DNA of 64,000 bases, taken from assembly GCA_963662585.1 (NCBI GenBank), contig OY759729.1, forward strand, positions 1,376,001 through 1,440,000. Direction: 5' to 3'. How positions within the stretch are numbered: position 1 is the first letter of the stretch; each line of letters starts with the position of its first letter. This document shows positions 20,820 to 31,752 of the stretch, piece after piece. Made by a program: the position numbers and the translations under genes. This stretch comes from Candidatus Cloacimonadales bacterium. GTDB lineage: Bacteria; Cloacimonadota; Cloacimonadia; Cloacimonadales; JAFGVF01. Below the pieces are notes generated by a model. The model had not been told where the DNA came from. It searched no databases and saw only the letters and a program-made list of their open reading frames with translations.

Positions 20820-21191
20820 CTATTTCTTCTTCTTCTTAATAGAACCAGGTTTTGGACCTTTTCTGGTTCTTGCATTATTTTGAGTATTCTGCCCATGAAC
20901 TGGGAGTCCTCTCTTATGACGAAGTCCACGATAGCAATTTATTTCCATCAAACGCTTGATGTCTAAAGCAACCTTAGTTCTTAAGGTACCTTCGACAGTA
21001 TATTCATTTTGAATAAGGTCACGAATAAGTCTTTCTTGATCAACTGAAAGATCTTGCACTTTGATATTTTCATCAATGTTAGCCTTCTTGAGGATTTCTG
21101 AAGACAAAGATCTTCCTATGCCATAAATATAAGTTAAACCTATAACAACTCTTTTGTTATTAGGTATCTCAACACCTGCGATATGTGCCAA
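20820..21191 (-). CDS. rpsM: 30S ribosomal protein S13 (TTG start)
   Basis: [32 protein letters not shown]. Confidence 0.98.
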   Translation of the reverse strand: MAHIAGVEIPNNKRVVIGLTYIYGIGRSLSSEILKKANIDENIKVQDLSVDQERLIRDLIQNEYTVEGTLRTKVALDIKRLMEINCYRGLRHKRGLPVHGQNTQNNARTRKGPKPGSIKKKKK

Positions 21192-21230
21192 GCCTTTCCT
21201 CCTTCGGAATTTATTATATTATTATTTTGT

Positions 21231-21344
21231 TTATCCCTGGCGTTGTTTGTGTTTTGGGTTTGTGCAAATTACACGGATAACACCATTTCGCTTGATAATT
21301 CTACAATCTTTACAGATTTTCTTAACAGAAGCTCTTACTTTCAT
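21231..21344 (-). CDS. rpmJ: 50S ribosomal protein L36 (37 aa, absent from the ORF track)
   Basis: Translates to [37 protein letters not shown]; canonical position between infA and rpsM. Confidence 0.97.
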   Translation of the reverse strand: MKVRASVKKICKDCRIIKRNGVIRVICTNPKHKQRQG

Positions 21345-21367
21345 TTTTTCTCCTTCATCTGTAACAA

Positions 21368-21586
21368 CTATTTATAACGGTAAGTGATTCTTCCTTTGGT
21401 CAAATCGTAAGGTGATAATTCTAATTTTACTTTATCTCCGGGTAAAATTCTAATGAAATGCATTCTCATTTTTCCGGAACTATGAGCAAGTATAACATGC
21501 CCGTTTTCTAACTCCACCTTAAATTGCGTGTTTGGCAAGGACTCTTTTACTACCCCTTCTACCTCTATAACACCTGATTTAGCCAT
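21368..21586 (-). CDS. infA: Translation initiation factor IF-1
   Basis: [34 protein letters not shown]. Confidence 0.98.
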   Translation of the reverse strand: MAKSGVIEVEGVVKESLPNTQFKVELENGHVILAHSSGKMRMHFIRILPGDKVKLELSPYDLTKGRITYRYK

Positions 21587-22352
21587 TCTCTCTTCCTACC
21601 TTAGTTAAAATTTCTGGTTGTGAGTCTGTAACTAATATTGTGTGCTCGAAATGAGCAGAAAGTGAGCCATCTTTAACTAAATATTCCCAGCCTCTTTCAG
21701 TCACTTTATTAGTTCCAATATTGACCATTGGTTCAATCGCTATGGTCATTCCTTCTTTAATTAACGATCCTGTTCCCTTTTTTCCTACATTAGGAATCAT
21801 AGGGTCTTCATGTAATTCTCTTCCTATGCCGTGACCTGTTAAGTCATCTGCACAGTAGTAACCATTCTGTTTAACGAACTTACCAATAGCATAAGAGATA
21901 TCACCAATTCTATTGCCAATTACGGCAGTGTTGATACCAATTTCTAAGGCTTGTTTTGTTACATCAAGTAGTCGTTGAGTCTCTTTAGAGATTTGGCCAA
22001 CTGTAAAAGTATAGGCAGCATCTCCATGATAACCGGCTTTACGGGTACCGACATCAACTCCAATGATATCACCCTCTTTAAGAATAACATTCTTAGAAGG
22101 AATACCATGCACGATGACAGAATTTACTGAAGCGCAGATTGCTCCGGGAAAGGGAGCTAAACCAGGAACAGAATATCCTTTAAATGCAGGATAAGCATCA
22201 TGAGAACGAATAAAATCTTCAGCAAATTTATCTAGTTCCCAAGTACTAACACCGGGAACAACTATCTTTTCCATCTCTTTCCAGAGAAGTCCGATAATTC
22301 TACCTGCTTCGCGCATTTTTTCAATCTCATGTTGCTTCTTAATCTTTATCAT
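21579..22352 (-). CDS. map: Methionine aminopeptidase type I
   Basis: HGIP, DVG..GYHGD, GHGIG..LHEDP, AIEPM, SAHFEHT. Confidence 0.97.
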   Translation of the reverse strand: MIKIKKQHEIEKMREAGRIIGLLWKEMEKIVVPGVSTWELDKFAEDFIRSHDAYPAFKGYSVPGLAPFPGAICASVNSVIVHGIPSKNVILKEGDIIGVDVGTRKAGYHGDAAYTFTVGQISKETQRLLDVTKQALEIGINTAVIGNRIGDISYAIGKFVKQNGYYCADDLTGHGIGRELHEDPMIPNVGKKGTGSLIKEGMTIAIEPMVNIGTNKVTERGWEYLVKDGSLSAHFEHTILVTDSQPEILTKVGRENG

Positions 22353-23653
22353 CTTCCTGCTCTTCCTCTTAACTTACCACGCTTCATGAAACCGTCATAG
22401 TGACGAGAAACTAAGTGTGATTCGATTTGTTGTAGAGTGTCTAAAGCAACACCAACAACGATGATTATACTAGTACCACCTAATACAGATAAGCTTACAC
22501 CTAAAACACGGAATAAGATATCAGGCATTACAGCAATGATAGCGTAGAATATAGCACCTGGAAGAGTAATTCTAACTAATACTCGATTAATATATTCAGC
22601 AGTTTTCTTTCCTTGTTTAACACCAGGAATAAAACCACCGTATTTTTTCATATTATCAGCCATTTCAACTGGGTTCATTACCATAGCAGTATAGAAATAA
22701 GCAAAGAATATGATTAATATCATTGAAATTATAGTATAAAGTGCAGTTCCTGGTGAGAACCAGTTTGTTACAAAAGAAGAATCTGAATTAAAGAATCTAA
22801 TTATTGTAATAGGGAACATAAGCACTGACTGAGCAAAGATGATTGGAATAACACCAGCTGTATTAACTCTTAAAGGGATATAAGTAGATTGGCCACCATA
22901 GACTTTTCTACCGATAACTCTTTTAGCATACTGCACAGGAATTTTCCTCATTGCTTCAGTTACTAAGATAACAGCAGCAGTAACAACTACAATAGCAAGA
23001 AGTATGAATATTACCATAAATATATTGCCGATTGAAGGGTTAGCAGCTACTTTTTGAAAGAGACCATAAATCTCGCGTGGAAGGCGAGCAACGATACCTG
23101 CGAAAATTATCAAAGAAATACCGTTTCCGATACCTTTCTCTGTAATTTGTTCACCTAACCACATGATGACCATAACACCTGTGATTAAGGTAATGACTGT
23201 AGATACAAAGAAAAATGACCGGTCAATAGTTACTATTCCCGGTTGAGAAAGTAACATAACACATATTCCAATTGAGTTTAGACCTGCGACCAATACGGTT
23301 CCGTACCTGGTTATTTGAGTAATCTTCTTCTGGCCATCTGCTCCCTCTTTTTTGAGTTTTTCAAAATAAGGAACCACACTACCAAGAAGCTGAATAACAA
23401 TTGAGGCGGTAATATAAGGCATGATACCTAGAGCAAAAACTGATGCTCTGGACATATTTCCACCTGCGAAAAGATCTACTAATCCAAGTAATCCTTCGCT
23501 GTTACTACTAAAGATTCTACCTAAGGCTACTGCGTCTACACCAGGAACAGGGATAAAGCTTCCCAATCTGTATAGTACAAGAATAAAAGCTGTAAAAAGA
23601 ACTTTCTTCTTTAAATCAGGAACTCTAAATATGTTTGCTATTTTACTTAACAA
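22349..23653 (-). CDS. secY: Preprotein translocase SecY
   Basis: LGIMPYITASI, GIGNGISLIIF, AGVIPIIFA, GGTSIIIVVGV. Confidence 0.98.
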   Translation of the reverse strand: MLSKIANIFRVPDLKKKVLFTAFILVLYRLGSFIPVPGVDAVALGRIFSSNSEGLLGLVDLFAGGNMSRASVFALGIMPYITASIVIQLLGSVVPYFEKLKKEGADGQKKITQITRYGTVLVAGLNSIGICVMLLSQPGIVTIDRSFFFVSTVITLITGVMVIMWLGEQITEKGIGNGISLIIFAGIVARLPREIYGLFQKVAANPSIGNIFMVIFILLAIVVVTAAVILVTEAMRKIPVQYAKRVIGRKVYGGQSTYIPLRVNTAGVIPIIFAQSVLMFPITIIRFFNSDSSFVTNWFSPGTALYTIISMILIIFFAYFYTAMVMNPVEMADNMKKYGGFIPGVKQGKKTAEYINRVLVRITLPGAIFYAIIAVMPDILFRVLGVSLSVLGGTSIIIVVGVALDTLQQIESHLVSRHYDGFMKRGKLRGRAGR

Positions 23654-24113
23654 CTTTCACTACCTCCGCTTTACCACCTTTATTTTCAATCAGTTCGATT
23701 GCTTTTTTGGAAAAAGCGTTGGCTTTTATTGTCATTGTTTTTGAAAATTCTACATCACCTAGTTCGGCTAGGACCTTTACAGGATAACTTGCTTTCTTTC
23801 CGCTTTTTGGGAGTAATCCAAGCTCTTCCATTTTAACAATATCTAATTCTTCAACTTCTAAATCTACCAAGTCTTTTAAATTAACAATTCTATGATGGAT
23901 TTTGAAAATATTCTTGAAGCCTCTTTTTGGAAGTCTTCTTTGAATTGGCATTTGACCACCTTCAAACCAGATTGGTATTTTTCCACCAGAACGAGCTTTC
24001 TGTCCTTTGTGTCCTTTACCTGCAGTTTGACCTTGACCAGTCGCTTGACCTTTTCCTAATCTCTTTTTGTTCTTTTTAATAGCTGGTTTACTAAGATTAT
24101 GTAAAGTTAACAT
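23643..24113 (-). CDS. rplO: 50S ribosomal protein L15
   Basis: GHKGQKARSG, FEGGQMP, RLPKRGF. Confidence 0.97.
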   Translation of the reverse strand: MLTLHNLSKPAIKKNKKRLGKGQATGQGQTAGKGHKGQKARSGGKIPIWFEGGQMPIQRRLPKRGFKNIFKIHHRIVNLKDLVDLEVEELDIVKMEELGLLPKSGKKASYPVKVLAELGDVEFSKTMTIKANAFSKKAIELIENKGGKAEVVKVVK

Positions 24114-24124
24114 TTCATATCTCC

Positions 24125-24310
24125 TTAGTTTTCTTCCACTTGTTCGACTTTTAATAGGTAGTCTACTTTTTTAATCATTCCTTTGATAACAGCGCTATCA
24201 TCGTGAATTCTTGATTTACCAATTCTACCTAATCCGAGTGAAGCTAAAATTCTTTTATGATGTTCTTTTCTGCCAATTGCACTTTTAACCTGGCTTACTC
24301 TAATTTTCAT
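24125..24310 (-). CDS. rpmD: 50S ribosomal protein L30
   Basis: VKSAIGR, LGLGRIG, GMIKKV; operon position. Confidence 0.95.
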   Translation of the reverse strand: MKIRVSQVKSAIGRKEHHKRILASLGLGRIGKSRIHDDSAVIKGMIKKVDYLLKVEQVEEN

Positions 24311-24830
24311 CTTTAGCCTCCATTCCAGTCAATTCAGCAAAAGTTTTATTTCTAAGCTTAGCTATATCATTGATTGTTCTGAGTTGTTTAAGCCCTATAA
24401 CAGTTGCTTTAACAACATTAGTAGGAGTATTTGAACCCATAGATTTGCAAAGAATATTTTCAATTCCTGCAGCTTCAAAGATAGCTCTAGTTGTTCCACC
24501 CGCAATAACTCCAGTACCAGGAGAAGCTGGTCTCATTAAGACTTTACTTGCTCCAAATCTTCCTAACATTTCGTGAGGGATTGTACCATTGATTATTGGA
24601 ATTCTAAACATAGTTTTGCTAGCTCTTTCTTTAGCTTTTCTAATTGCGTCAACAATTTCGATAGCTTTTCCTTTGCCAACACCAACATTACCTTGTCTGT
24701 CACCAATAACTACGATAGCGGAAAAACTGAAGTTCTTACCACCCTTTGTTACTTTGGTAACACGGTTTGTTGCTACTATTTTTTCAACTAATTGATCATC
24801 AGTTTCTGGATTATTCATTTGTCTCAACAT
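24300..24830 (-). CDS. rpsE: 30S ribosomal protein S5
   Basis: NRVTKVTKGG, PASPGTGVIAGG, GSNTPTNVVKAT. Confidence 0.98.
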   Translation of the reverse strand: MLRQMNNPETDDQLVEKIVATNRVTKVTKGGKNFSFSAIVVIGDRQGNVGVGKGKAIEIVDAIRKAKERASKTMFRIPIINGTIPHEMLGRFGASKVLMRPASPGTGVIAGGTTRAIFEAAGIENILCKSMGSNTPTNVVKATVIGLKQLRTINDIAKLRNKTFAELTGMEAKDEN

Positions 24831-24839
24831 TTCCTCCCG

Positions 24840-25211
24840 TTATAGTTCTAATCCGGCTTTACGAGCACCATCAGCAAACGCTTTTACTCTTCCGTGATAT
24901 TTGTAACCGGCTCTGTCGAAGCAAACTTTTGTAATACCAGCTTTTAAAGCTTTCTCAGCTAATTTTTGTCCAATTTTAAAGCTAGCTTCTACTTTCTTAA
25001 TTCCTTCTTCTAACTGAGCATCTTTTGATTTGGTAGATAAGGAAACTAAGGTGTGACCCTTAAGATCATCTATTATCTGTCCATAAATATGATTTAAACT
25101 TCTGAAAACAACTAATCTAGGACGAGAGGCAGTACCATTCATATTCTTACGAATAGCTTTTCTCCGTCTAGCTCTTTTTTCATTTCTAATTATATTACTT
25201 GGTTTTACCAT
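24840..25211 (-). CDS. rplR: 50S ribosomal protein L18
   Basis: [21 protein letters not shown]. Confidence 0.98.
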   Translation of the reverse strand: MVKPSNIIRNEKRARRRKAIRKNMNGTASRPRLVVFRSLNHIYGQIIDDLKGHTLVSLSTKSKDAQLEEGIKKVEASFKIGQKLAEKALKAGITKVCFDRAGYKYHGRVKAFADGARKAGLEL

Positions 25212-25223
25212 TTTTTACCCCGC

Positions 25224-25793
25224 TTATGCTCCAGCTTTTCCAGCTTTGATTATTACGCGTTCTGTGCTGTAGCGTATTCCTTTACCTTTATAGTTCTCAG
25301 GCTTACGACATCCTCTAATTTCAGCAGAAAACTTGCCGACATCTTCTTTATGGATTCCTTTTACGAATACATTAGCTTGATGTTCTGGGTGCATACCTTT
25401 TCCACGAGGAATTGCTTCAGCTCTTACTTCTAAACCTTCAGGAATTTCTAAGTAGATATCATGAGAATATCCAACATTTAATTTTACCCATGGTCCTAGA
25501 ATCTCAGCTGAATAACCGGTTCCAATAACATGAAGTAATTTCTCATATCCTTCTGAAACACCTGTAACAAGATTTTGTACTAAAGCTCTACCTAAACCGT
25601 GGAAAGCTTTTTGTTCTCTTGTATCATCAAGTCTCTTTAAGACTAAGCTATTTTCTTCTTGTTTAATTGTGATTCCACCAACTAAATCATGAGAAAGTTT
25701 TCCTAATTTTCCTTCGACTTCAATGTGGCTACCTGTAATAGTTGCTTTTACACCTGCAGGAAGCACGACTGGTTTTTTACCTATTCTTGACAT
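25224..25793 (-). CDS. rplF: 50S ribosomal protein L6
   Basis: MSRIGKKP, GYSH, PENYKGKGIRY. Confidence 0.98.
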   Translation of the reverse strand: MSRIGKKPVVLPAGVKATITGSHIEVEGKLGKLSHDLVGGITIKQEENSLVLKRLDDTREQKAFHGLGRALVQNLVTGVSEGYEKLLHVIGTGYSAEILGPWVKLNVGYSHDIYLEIPEGLEVRAEAIPRGKGMHPEHQANVFVKGIHKEDVGKFSAEIRGCRKPENYKGKGIRYSTERVIIKAGKAGA

Positions 25794-25802
25794 GCTATCC
25801 TC

Positions 25803-26213
25803 CTACCACACTTTGCATATATATTCGCCACCGACATTTTGATTACGCGCATCTCTATCAACCATAACACCACTGCTTGTTGATATGAATGCACAACCTG
25901 TATTGTTAAATACTCTAGGTACATCGTTTGCTTTTACATATACTCTTCTTCCGGGTTTAGAAATTCTTTCGATTCCAGTCAACACTGGCTGTCCACTATT
26001 TGTATATCTAAGATTTAAACTAAGTTTTTTGAAGTTTAAACCTCTTTCAGGGTCTTTCTCTAATACATGAAAACTATTGATAAAATTCTCTTTAGCTAAC
26101 AATGTAACTACTGATTCAATAATTTTACTGTGATTTAATACCACTCGGGTATGTCCGGCACGATATGCATTTCTAACTTTTGTTATTGCATCAGCTATCG
26201 GATCTGATATCAT
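25803..26213 (-). CDS. rpsH: 30S ribosomal protein S8
   Basis: DPIAD, RISKPGRRVY, STSSG, GGEY. Confidence 0.97.
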   Translation of the reverse strand: MISDPIADAITKVRNAYRAGHTRVVLNHSKIIESVVTLLAKENFINSFHVLEKDPERGLNFKKLSLNLRYTNSGQPVLTGIERISKPGRRVYVKANDVPRVFNNTGCAFISTSSGVMVDRDARNQNVGGEYICKVW

Positions 26214-26228
26214 TCTTCCTCCAGATTA

Positions 26229-26414
26229 TTACCAACTAGCTCTTGTGATTCCAGGGATTTTACCATGGTCAGCTAGTTTTCTAAAACAAAGACGGCATAT
26301 TCCAAAATCTCTCATGTAAGCTCTTGGTCTTCCACATAATTTACAACGAGAATATTCTCTAACGCCAAATTTAGCTTCTTTTTGTTGTTTTACAACTAAT
26401 GATTTCTTTGCCAA
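26229..26414 (-). CDS. rpsN: 30S ribosomal protein S14, Zn-binding (type Z), TTG start
   Basis: RCKLCGRPR...[16 protein letters not shown]. Confidence 0.97.
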   Translation of the reverse strand: MAKKSLVVKQQKEAKFGVREYSRCKLCGRPRAYMRDFGICRLCFRKLADHGKIPGITRASW

Positions 26415-26417
26415 AAT

Positions 26418-26972
26418 CTACTCCTTTACCGCAACTTTTCTGAAAGGGAATCCTATTAATTTCAACATTTCTCTAGATTCTTCATCGGTTTTAGCAGTAG
26501 TAACTATTGCTATATTCATACCTCTGACCATGTCGATTTTATCAAATTCGATTTCAGGAAAAACTGTTTGTTCATCTAAACCTAATGAGTAGTTTCCTCT
26601 GCCATCAAAGTTTTTTAAAGGAACACCTTTAAAGTCTCTGATACGAGGAATTACGATTGATATTAACTTATCTAAGAACTCATACATAATTTCGCCTCTA
26701 AGAGTTACCTTGCAACCAATTGGCATTCCTTCTCTCAATTTGAAATTAGAAATTGACTTTTTAGCTTTAGTAACTAAAGGTTTTCTACCTGTAATTTGTT
26801 CCATATCTTTAATAGCATTATCTAAAATAGCTTTATTCTGTGATGCTTGTCCAACACCCATACTAACAACTATTTTATCTAATCTTGGCACCATGTTTAT
26901 ATTTTTGTACTCGAACTTACTTCTAAGTGCGGGAATCACTTCGTTTAAATATAATTCTTTCTTTCTGTTCAT
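26418..26972 (-). CDS. rplE: 50S ribosomal protein L5 (start corrected to MNRKK...)
   Basis: [33 protein letters not shown] upstream of ATG 26972; the longer ORF overlaps rplX. Confidence 0.97.
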   Translation of the reverse strand: MNRKKELYLNEVIPALRSKFEYKNINMVPRLDKIVVSMGVGQASQNKAILDNAIKDMEQITGRKPLVTKAKKSISNFKLREGMPIGCKVTLRGEIMYEFLDKLISIVIPRIRDFKGVPLKNFDGRGNYSLGLDEQTVFPEIEFDKIDMVRGMNIAIVTTAKTDEESREMLKLIGFPFRKVAVKE

Positions 26973-26982
26973 CCCTTCTCCT

Positions 26983-27303
26983 TTAGATTTCGTCCCCTGT
27001 TTTTTTACAAACTCTGACTCTTTTACCGTCAGCGGTTGTTTTATAAACAGCTCTTGTAACATCTTTTATTTTTTCGTTATACAGCATAACATTTGATACA
27101 TGAATTGGAGCTTCTTTCTCAATAATTCCACCTTGTGGATTTGATTGATTAGGCTTAACATGTTTTTTAATCATATTAACTTTTTCGATAATTATGCGTT
27201 GTTTTCTAGGAAAAGCTACAAGAACTCTACCCTTAACACCTTTATCGGCTCCACTAATAACAACTACTGTATCACCTTTTTTGATTCTCATTCTATTTTG
27301 CAT
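26983..27303 (-). CDS. rplX: 50S ribosomal protein L24
   Basis: [27 protein letters not shown]. Confidence 0.98.
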   Translation of the reverse strand: MQNRMRIKKGDTVVVISGADKGVKGRVLVAFPRKQRIIIEKVNMIKKHVKPNQSNPQGGIIEKEAPIHVSNVMLYNEKIKDVTRAVYKTTADGKRVRVCKKTGDEI

Positions 27304-27312
27304 TATCTACTC

Positions 27313-27681
27313 CTATAACACTTCAGGTGCTAAAGAAACAATTTTCATAAACTCATGCTCACGAAGCTCACGAGCAACAGGTCCGAAAATACGAGTTCCT
27401 TTAGGTTCCATTTTAGCATCTAGAATAACTGCTGCATTATCTTGGAATCGAATATAAGAACCATCTTTTCTTCTAATTTCTTTAGCAGTTCTTACGATTA
27501 CAGCTTTTTCAACAGTACCTTTTTTAACTTTTCCATTAGGTGTTGCTGATTTAATAGCTATTACTATAATATCTCCAACGGTAGCATATTTTCTTTTACT
27601 TCCGCCAAGAACTTTGATGCACATTGCCTTTTTAGCACCGGAGTTGTCTGCGATGTTCAATATTGTTTGTACTTGGATCAT
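27313..27681 (-). CDS. rplN: 50S ribosomal protein L14
   Basis: [26 protein letters not shown]. Confidence 0.98.
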   Translation of the reverse strand: MIQVQTILNIADNSGAKKAMCIKVLGGSKRKYATVGDIIVIAIKSATPNGKVKKGTVEKAVIVRTAKEIRRKDGSYIRFQDNAAVILDAKMEPKGTRIFGPVARELREHEFMKIVSLAPEVL

Positions 27682-27691
27682 CTATTTACTC

Positions 27692-27946
27692 CTATTTTAC
27701 CTTCTCAGTGACTTGTTGAAGATTCCATCTTTTCTTACGACTTAATGGTCTGTATTCTTCAATTATTACTTTATCACCGATTTGTGCTTCATTATTTTCG
27801 TCATGAGCCATAAATTTCTTATGCACTCTTACAGTCTTTTTGTATAGAGGATGGGTAAACTGTCTTTCTACACGAACGACGATTGTTTTGTCCATCTTAT
27901 CACTTACTACTATACCAACTTTGGTTAGTTTTCTTGTTTCCTGCAT
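27692..27946 (-). CDS. rpsQ: 30S ribosomal protein S17
   Basis: [24 protein letters not shown]. Confidence 0.98.
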   Translation of the reverse strand: MQETRKLTKVGIVVSDKMDKTIVVRVERQFTHPLYKKTVRVHKKFMAHDENNEAQIGDKVIIEEYRPLSRKKRWNLQQVTEKVK

Positions 27947-27955
27947 TTCGACCTC

Positions 27956-28150
27956 TTAGTTAGCTTTTTTCATTTCAGTTAACACTGTATGAATTCTTGC
28001 AATCTCTTTTTTTAATTGTTTGAATCTACCAGGATTTTCCAGCATATTACGCACTTGTTGGAAACGAAGGTTAAATAACTCTTCTTTACATTCATGAAGT
28101 TTTGTATTTAATTCTTCTGTTGATAACTCTCTTAATTCTTTTGCTATCAT
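27956..28150 (-). CDS. rpmC: 50S ribosomal protein L29
   Basis: [24 protein letters not shown]. Confidence 0.97.
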   Translation of the reverse strand: MIAKELRELSTEELNTKLHECKEELFNLRFQQVRNMLENPGRFKQLKKEIARIHTVLTEMKKAN

Positions 28151-28566
28151 ATTTCAACTCCTTCTCGTGCAATCATTTTTGTTCCAATTGGAAGTTTATG
28201 CCCAGCTAATCTAAAAGCTTCTTTTGCAATAGTAGCGTCGACTCCGTCAATTTCGAACATAATTCTACCCGGTTTAACCACTGCTACCCAGTACTCTGGA
28301 GCACCTTTACCTTTACCCATACGAGTTTCAGCAGGCTTATTTGTAACAGGCTTATCAGGGAAGATTCTTATCCACACTTTACCTTGACGCTTCATAGTTC
28401 TTGTTATTGCGATACGAGAAGCTTCGATTTGGCGACTGGTAATCCAACCGCACTCAGTTGCCATTATAGCAAATTCTCCGAAAGAAACAGTTGAGCCACG
28501 ATAAGCTAAACCTGTTCTTCTTCCACGCATCTGTTTTCTATGTTTTGTTCTTTTTGGTGCTAACAT
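28147..28566 (-). CDS. rplP: 50S ribosomal protein L16
   Basis: [22 protein letters not shown]. Confidence 0.98.
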   Translation of the reverse strand: MLAPKRTKHRKQMRGRRTGLAYRGSTVSFGEFAIMATECGWITSRQIEASRIAITRTMKRQGKVWIRIFPDKPVTNKPAETRMGKGKGAPEYWVAVVKPGRIMFEIDGVDATIAKEAFRLAGHKLPIGTKMIAREGVEI

Positions 28567-28587
28567 CTTTTTCTCCTCTTCCTAATG

Positions 28588-29310
28588 TTACCCTTGAGCA
28601 ACATTATTATTAAGAATATCACCTTTATAGATCCACACTTTAATACCAATAACACCATAAGTTGTTTGTGCTTCTGTTAAAGCATAGTCGATATCGGCTC
28701 TAAGTGTGTGAAGAGGTGTTCTACCTTGTTTATATCTTTCAGTTCTCGCAATTTCAGCTCCACCTAAACGCCCAGCACACTGAACTTTAATTCCTAAAGC
28801 CCCGTCTTTAAAAGCATTACGCATTGCATTTTTCATTGCTCTTCTAAAAGAGATTCTCTGTTCTAACTGTTTTGCTATCTCTTCACCAACTAATTTTGAA
28901 TCTAACCACATTTTGTTAATTTCTTTAATATTGATGAAAACATTCATGCTTTTATCTCTATCTTTATTAACAAGATGGTTAATTTCATTTCTTAATCTAT
29001 CAATATCTTCACCTTTCTTACCAATCACTTGACCAGGACGAGCAGTTTGAATATCAATATAAATTGAGTTAGTTTTTCTGGAGATATCAATTCTTGAAAC
29101 CATATTGTTTGTTGGCATAACTTTTGTTCTAGTTTTGCCTTCTGATTCTTCTTTAACTTCTCTAAATCTAAGTCTCTTTTCAATATAATTTCTAATTTTC
29201 AAATCTTCATGAAAATTTTCTAAATACTGTTTACCGGTAGCAAACCAAGTAGACTCAGCTTCTTTATTTACACCTAAACGGTATACTATTGGATTTATCT
29301 TTTGTCCCAA
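28588..29310 (-). CDS. rpsC: 30S ribosomal protein S3 (with an insertion in the N-terminal KH region)
   Basis: [39 protein letters not shown]. Confidence 0.98.
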   Translation of the reverse strand: MGQKINPIVYRLGVNKEAESTWFATGKQYLENFHEDLKIRNYIEKRLRFREVKEESEGKTRTKVMPTNNMVSRIDISRKTNSIYIDIQTARPGQVIGKKGEDIDRLRNEINHLVNKDRDKSMNVFINIKEINKMWLDSKLVGEEIAKQLEQRISFRRAMKNAMRNAFKDGALGIKVQCAGRLGGAEIARTERYKQGRTPLHTLRADIDYALTEAQTTYGVIGIKVWIYKGDILNNNVAQG

Positions 29311-29319
29311 ATTTTCCTC

Positions 29320-29679
29320 CTATTCCTGTCCAGAACTTGCTTCAGCTAAATCTGAAATTTCTAGGGTTATGTGACAAGTACGCTTTCTTATCATAAACGC
29401 ACGACCTTGAGCTCTTGGACGGAATCTCTTCATTATAGGACCATCATCAGCAAGTGCTTTATTTATAATCATTTCGTTAGTTTCTTTTCTCGCATCTTTA
29501 TGTAGTGCATTCGCAACGGCAGATTCTAATACTTTGAGCACAGGATCTGATACGCGCTTTTCAGAGAACATAAGAATGTTTCGTGCTTCAGATACTGATT
29601 TACCTCTGATTAAATCAAGAACCAAGCGAGCTTTACGAGCTGAACCACGATGGTATCTAAGTATAGCTATAGCTTCCAT
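29320..29679 (-). CDS. rplV: 50S ribosomal protein L22
   Basis: SARKARLV, SAVANA, PRAQGRA. Confidence 0.98.
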   Translation of the reverse strand: MEAIAILRYHRGSARKARLVLDLIRGKSVSEARNILMFSEKRVSDPVLKVLESAVANALHKDARKETNEMIINKALADDGPIMKRFRPRAQGRAFMIRKRTCHITLEISDLAEASSGQE

Positions 29680-29692
29680 TCTCTATCTCCTA

Positions 29693-29962
29693 TTACCTTT
29701 TTTTCTTTTCTTTGTGGCCACGATATGTTCTGGTTGGTGCAAATTCGCCAAGTTTATGGCCAACTGCATTCTCAGAAATATATACTGGTACAAATTTATG
29801 TCCATTATGTACAGCAAAAGTAAGTCCTATGAATTCAGGTAAAACTACTGATCTTCTAGACCATGTTTTAATAACTGATTTATCTTTAGTACTTAATTGT
29901 GTTTCAACCTTTTTCATCAAATGTTCATCGACGAAAGGTCCTTTTTTTATCGATCTAGGCAT
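29693..29962 (-). CDS. rpsS: 30S ribosomal protein S19
   Basis: [26 protein letters not shown]. Confidence 0.98.
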   Translation of the reverse strand: MPRSIKKGPFVDEHLMKKVETQLSTKDKSVIKTWSRRSVVLPEFIGLTFAVHNGHKFVPVYISENAVGHKLGEFAPTRTYRGHKEKKKR

Positions 29963-29982
29963 TATTTTTCTCCTATGTCAGC

Positions 29983-30810
29983 TTACTTCTTTTTAGATTT
30001 GATAATATACTTGTCAGAATATTTCTTAGTCTTACGGGTTTTTCCGCCTTTAGCGAGTTTACCCCATGGAGAAACTGGATGTCTACCACCTGAAGTTTTA
30101 CCTTCACCACCACCATGAGGGTGATCTACTGGGTTCATCACAACTCCACGAACGGTAGGTCTAATACCTAACCATCTGCTACGACCTGCTTTACCTAATA
30201 CGATTAAGTTGTGTTCGATATTTCCAACTTGACCAATTACAGCATAACATTCTTTTCTAACTAAGTGAACATCATTTGAAGGCATCTTCACATGGATATA
30301 ATCACCTTCTTTTGCAACAAGCTGTGCCATTGAACCAGCAGAACGAGCTATTTGAGCACCTTTCCCTTTTTTCAATTCAACACATGAGATTGTTGTACCT
30401 AATGGAATGTTACCTAAAGGCAATGCGTTTCCTACTTTAATAGGAGCAGTAGGACTTGCAATAATGTCCATTCCTACTTTTAATCCATCTTGAGCAACAA
30501 TATATCTCTTTTCACCATCTACATAGTGAAGAAGAGCAATTCTTGCTGAACGATTTGGATCGTACTCTATTGAAGCGACTTTCGCTGGGATACCTATTTT
30601 ATTTCTCTTGAAATCGATAATTCTATAATGTCTTCTATGTCCGCCACCTTTGTGACGACATGTAATACGACCTTGACTATTTCTACCACCAGACTTTTTT
30701 AACTTTGCAAGCAAAGATTTTTCAGGAGTTGTCTTTGTAATTTCTTCAAAGGTATATCCTGTTTTATATCTTAAAGTAGGTGTAATCGGTTTATATTTTT
30801 TAATTCCCAT
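29983..30810 (-). CDS. rplB: 50S ribosomal protein L2
   Basis: [26 protein letters not shown]. Confidence 0.99.
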   Translation of the reverse strand: MGIKKYKPITPTLRYKTGYTFEEITKTTPEKSLLAKLKKSGGRNSQGRITCRHKGGGHRRHYRIIDFKRNKIGIPAKVASIEYDPNRSARIALLHYVDGEKRYIVAQDGLKVGMDIIASPTAPIKVGNALPLGNIPLGTTISCVELKKGKGAQIARSAGSMAQLVAKEGDYIHVKMPSNDVHLVRKECYAVIGQVGNIEHNLIVLGKAGRSRWLGIRPTVRGVVMNPVDHPHGGGEGKTSGGRHPVSPWGKLAKGGKTRKTKKYSDKYIIKSKKK

Positions 30811-30821
30811 TATTCACTCCT

Positions 30822-31109
30822 TTAAACTTCAAAATCTGGTATTGTTTGATCTGCTTGAAGAGTAACGATAGCTTTTTTCCAATCAGGTCTTCTACCTTCA
30901 TATTTGCCCATTCTCTTTGGCTTACCCTTCATTCTGATAGTATTAATTTTTACTACCTTTACAGAAAAAACTCTTTCAATAGCTTTTTTGATTTCTATTT
31001 TATTAGCATTTATACTAACTTTGAACATATATCTATTATTGTTTTCTTTTTCCAATAATGATTTTTCTGTAAGCATAGGAGCTATTATTATTTCTCTTGG
31101 ATGTATCAT
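30822..31109 (-). CDS. rplW: 50S ribosomal protein L23
   Basis: TEKS, ANKIEIK, WKKAIVTL. Confidence 0.98.
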   Translation of the reverse strand: MIHPREIIIAPMLTEKSLLEKENNNRYMFKVSINANKIEIKKAIERVFSVKVVKINTIRMKGKPKRMGKYEGRRPDWKKAIVTLQADQTIPDFEV

Positions 31110-31741
31110 TTTCCGAATACCTCCTCTACTTGTTGTAGAGCTTCTTCTGTCATTACTATGAAAGTATGTTTAAGAATTCCATAAGCATGAAGACTTTCTG
31201 CTCTTGCAGTCTCAACATATTCTAAGTTTGAGAATGATCTTACAACTGATTTATCGTTTCCTTTAGTAACTATAAGGATTCTACCTTTTTCAGTTACTAA
31301 TTTCTCAATTAAAGCTTTAGCTGCTTTTGTACTTGGTTTTTCATAATTTAAACTATCAATAACCATTACATTGCCTTCGGTTGCTCTATCTGATAAAACT
31401 AACCTTAATGCTAATCTTTTCTTTTGAGTAGGAATATGCTTGTACCAGCATTTTGGATCTATTCTAAAAGCGTGACCACCACCAACTCTAATTGGAGATC
31501 TTCTTGAACCCATACGAGCTCCGCCACCACCTTTTTGATTTCCAAGCTTCTTTGTACTTCCTCTTACTAAACCTCTTGATTTAGTTGCCTTAGTACCTTG
31601 TCTTTGATTAGCAAGATACATATTTACAACTTCGTAAAGTAAAGCTTTAGGATTCTTGCATGCAGCTTCAAAAACTGACGCCGGAAGTTGAACTTCACCT
31701 ATTCTATCACCATTACTATTATATTTTAATGCATTAGCCAT
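31106..31741 (-). CDS. rplD: 50S ribosomal protein L4 (atypical tunnel loop)
   Basis: RQGTKATK, QKG..GAR, RSP..VGGG; operon position. Confidence 0.96.
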   Translation of the reverse strand: MANALKYNSNGDRIGEVQLPASVFEAACKNPKALLYEVVNMYLANQRQGTKATKSRGLVRGSTKKLGNQKGGGGARMGSRRSPIRVGGGHAFRIDPKCWYKHIPTQKKRLALRLVLSDRATEGNVMVIDSLNYEKPSTKAAKALIEKLVTEKGRILIVTKGNDKSVVRSFSNLEYVETARAESLHAYGILKHTFIVMTEEALQQVEEVFGK

Positions 31742-31752
31742 TTATTCCCCCG

